64,000 nucleotides of DNA. It comes from Archangium sp. GTDB lineage: Bacteria; Myxococcota; Myxococcia; Myxococcales; Myxococcaceae. Location of the stretch: the NCBI GenBank assembly GCA_031367385.1, contig JANLPS010000358.1:1-64000 (forward strand). The letters are read 5' to 3'. The notes beneath the pieces are model-generated. The model worked only from the letters and a program-made list of their open reading frames with translations. It did no database searches and was not told the origin of the DNA. Both the position numbers and the translations under genes were made by a program. This document shows positions 62,897 to 64,000 of the stretch, piece after piece. Each line of letters opens with the position of its first letter. Positions within the stretch are counted from its first letter, which is position 1.

Positions 62897-63937
62897 CTAT
62901 CGGCGCTTCGCGACAGCTCGGGCGCGTTGCTCGGCGGGGGTGCGGCCCGTCCACCGCTTGAAGGCTCGGTGAAAGGCGCTGGTCTCGGCGTACCCGAGCA
63001 AGAACGCGACTTCTCCGATGGCGAGTCGGTTCTCGGCGAGCAACCGCTCGGCCAACGTGCGTCGCGCTTCTTCGAGCAGGCCCGTCACCGAGACGTTTTC
63101 TTCAAAGAGCCGGCGTTGCAGGGTGCGCGGGTGCATGCCCAGCTTCGCAGCGACGTGGTCTGCCGTCGGGGCGCCCTGCTCGAGGCCGACCACCAACAAG
63201 CGACGCACGTCGGCGACCAGCCCGTCGTCGGCGGCGGGCAATTTCGCGAGCGATTGCTGCGCGTACCGGTCGAGGTACGCGGCGACGCCGGAGTGCTTCT
63301 CGGCGATCGGCAACTCGAGCACTCTCGCTTCGAGCGTGACCACGGTTTCGACCGCGTCGAAGGTCGGCTCGACTCCGAAGAACTTCTTGAGGCGCTTGGT
63401 CGACGCAGGCGCAGGGTGCCGAAACGCGACCGCTTCGACGCGAATGTTCGCGCGGGTCGCCAGGCGCGCGACTCCGAGCACGAGCGCCGCCGAGTACTCA
63501 GAGACGTGACGAGGCACCGGGTGCAACAACCCCCGACACCCGGGAAAAACGAGCAGCTCGTGGCCGCGCACTTCGTATTCGACCCGGCCCGCGTCGTGGA
63601 GAATTCGGTTGTAGCGAACGACCCGGTCGAGCAGCTCGCGGAGGTTGACGCTGTTGACGGCCAGGTGGCCCAGCACGTCGAGGCCTTCGAGGTCGAGGTG
63701 CTCGGCGACATCGAGCCCCAAGTGCGGGGCCTGCAGCGCGGTGGCCAGCGCGTCCCACTGGGTGTGGCTCACGGGTTGAGAGACTCGCGCGTCAGGTGCC
63801 GCGAGCCCACGCCGGTCGAGGCCGAGCTGCCTTTCGAGGGCGTCGAGCTTCAGGCCGTGGGCGTCGCCAAAACGCAAGAGCGAGAGAATCGCGCTGCCCG
63901 CGACGGTGTACCGGGGCTGTCGCGCGGGCGCTGACAT
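62897..63937 (-). CDS. AraC-family transcriptional regulator (N-terminal arabinose-binding-like domain)
   Basis: VAAKLGMHPRTLQRRL...IGEVAFLLGYAETSAFHRAFKRWTGRTP. Confidence 0.94.
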   Translation of the reverse strand: MSAPARQPRYTVAGSAILSLLRFGDAHGLKLDALERQLGLDRRGLAAPDARVSQPVSHTQWDALATALQAPHLGLDVAEHLDLEGLDVLGHLAVNSVNLRELLDRVVRYNRILHDAGRVEYEVRGHELLVFPGCRGLLHPVPRHVSEYSAALVLGVARLATRANIRVEAVAFRHPAPASTKRLKKFFGVEPTFDAVETVVTLEARVLELPIAEKHSGVAAYLDRYAQQSLAKLPAADDGLVADVRRLLVVGLEQGAPTADHVAAKLGMHPRTLQRRLFEENVSVTGLLEEARRTLAERLLAENRLAIGEVAFLLGYAETSAFHRAFKRWTGRTPAEQRARAVAKRR

Positions 63938-64000
63938 GCTGAGGTGGTCTTACACGACGAGGCCGATGTCTGCCGACGTGAGGGCGGCATGAGCAGCAAC

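Noticed and set aside
63989..64000. Possible start of a plus-strand gene (ATGAGCAGCAAC) divergent from araC
   Set aside because: Only four codons are visible at the window edge, which is not enough to support a call.
1..64000. rRNA, tRNA, integrase/transposase or prophage genes
   Set aside because: None were recognised by eye. A tRNAscan/Infernal run would be needed to exclude small RNAs formally.

Overview
GC-rich (roughly two-thirds GC by eye) chromosomal window, most likely from a myxobacterium (Myxococcota). This is inferred from two MYXO-CTERM sorting signals, a TIGR02996-type protein, many Cys-rich lipoproteins and a pilY1/minor-pilin cluster. About 45 CDSs are supportable, mostly cell-envelope or secreted proteins: a Kelch adhesin-like protein, a PHB depolymerase, a pilY1-fimU-pilV-pilW-pilX cluster, an FG-GAP protein, an M11-like metalloprotease, a TraB-like OmpA protein, Omp85, TamAB, and an MMPL/TetR/YtfJ cassette. 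I saw no rRNA, tRNA, CRISPR array or intact mobile element. The most unusual items are: (1) a ClpA/B-type double-AAA+ ATPase fused to an RF2-like release-factor body that lacks both GGQ and SPF; (2) a D-[A/G/S]-G tripeptide that recurs through surface proteins, including inside pilins and PilY1; (3) an LCIB-type beta-carbonic-anhydrase-like protein; (4) a catalytically degenerate PilT-like ATPase downstream of the pilin cluster; (5) a small protein ending in an SSB-like acidic PF tail; (6) an in-frame TAG interrupting a Rieske oxygenase C-terminus; and (7) two AT-rich palindromic operator-like sites. All family assignments come from motif recognition by eye, with no database searches. Several start codons were moved downstream of the ORF-track start where overlap, RBS or signal-peptide evidence supported it.
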